Source: Spirogloea muscicola (Eukaryota). From it: a stretch of DNA of 20,000 bases. The stretch covers positions 1,062,634 through 1,082,633 of the forward strand of contig WELB01000016.1 of assembly GCA_009602725.1 (NCBI GenBank). The letters run 5' to 3'. The notes beneath the pieces were generated by a model. It was not told where the DNA came from and did no database searches. It saw only the letters and a list, made by a program, of their open reading frames with translations. Numbering within the stretch: the first letter of the stretch is position 1; every line of letters starts with the position of its first letter. A program made the translations under genes and the position numbers. Positions 19,564 to 20,000 of this stretch are shown here, in pieces.

Positions 19564-20000
19564 AACCTACAGTAGATTGACCCTCTCAGAAACCACGGGT
19601 CAAGACATAAAGGTCGCTAACCGATGCCTGAATACTAGATGGCAGATACGGAGCCCTTCTGCCACCAACTAGAGCTCGCCCAGCTTTCTAGTGCAAAGCG
19701 TTAGCCTGAGCACGCTGCAAACAGGCCGAAACTCGTCGTCGCAACAACGACAGATAAGCAGCTGGCAAGCCCATCTCAGCCGGGAACATATCTGCATGTC
19801 GTGTGTAGCCTAGATTGGCTATGTTTTGAAGGAGAGTAAGGAAACGAGGACCTAAGCAGCCAAAGATGTCGATTGCCGCTGGCAAGAGCTGATCACATCG
19901 GGGGTAATCGGAGTAGTGCTGCAACTTTCTTTGTTCAGCACTGCCCACTGCGTGGCCAGCGATGTGTGTCGATGCTGGACCTTTATAGGCCTCCGTAACC
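19564..20000 (-). mobile_element. 3' part of a family B CRE-like retrotransposon (runs off the window)
   Basis: KLQHYSDYP..IDIFGCLG..RVSACLQRAQANALH*KAGRAL..SDLYVLTRGF* (native stop at 19586-19588; premature TAG at 19688-19690). Nearly identical to 8022-8371 in inverted orientation. Confidence 0.9.

Overview
GC-rich, intron-containing eukaryotic DNA. The plant-type gene set (GAE, EID1-like F-box, mid-SUN, RCE1/UBC12) with short introns suggests a streptophyte, probably a streptophyte alga (inference). Five spliced host genes can be rebuilt by hand: the 3' end of UBC12/RCE1 (+), a mid-SUN domain protein (-), an EID1-like F-box protein (+), a small JTB-like single-pass membrane protein (+, missed as a unit by the ORF track) and UDP-glucuronate 4-epimerase (-, with a GC-AG intron). 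Two N-gaps hide three gene starts. The rest consists of two clusters (about 6770-8620 and 14201-20000) of CRE-like non-LTR retrotransposons encoding RT, a CCHC knuckle and a restriction-like endonuclease (RLE). They contain one nearly full-length frameshifted copy and at least six 3'-end fragments from several diverged families, stacked on each other's 3' ends. The copies share a GGGCTGGC...CAGCCC hairpin plus an ATGGGCGAGC terminal motif and lack poly(A). A perfect 74-bp direct repeat brackets a 4.9-kb block, like a very long target-site duplication in another element's 3' UTR. Both clusters lie just upstream of, and mostly co-directional with, a host gene. All calls come from manual reading; no searches were run.
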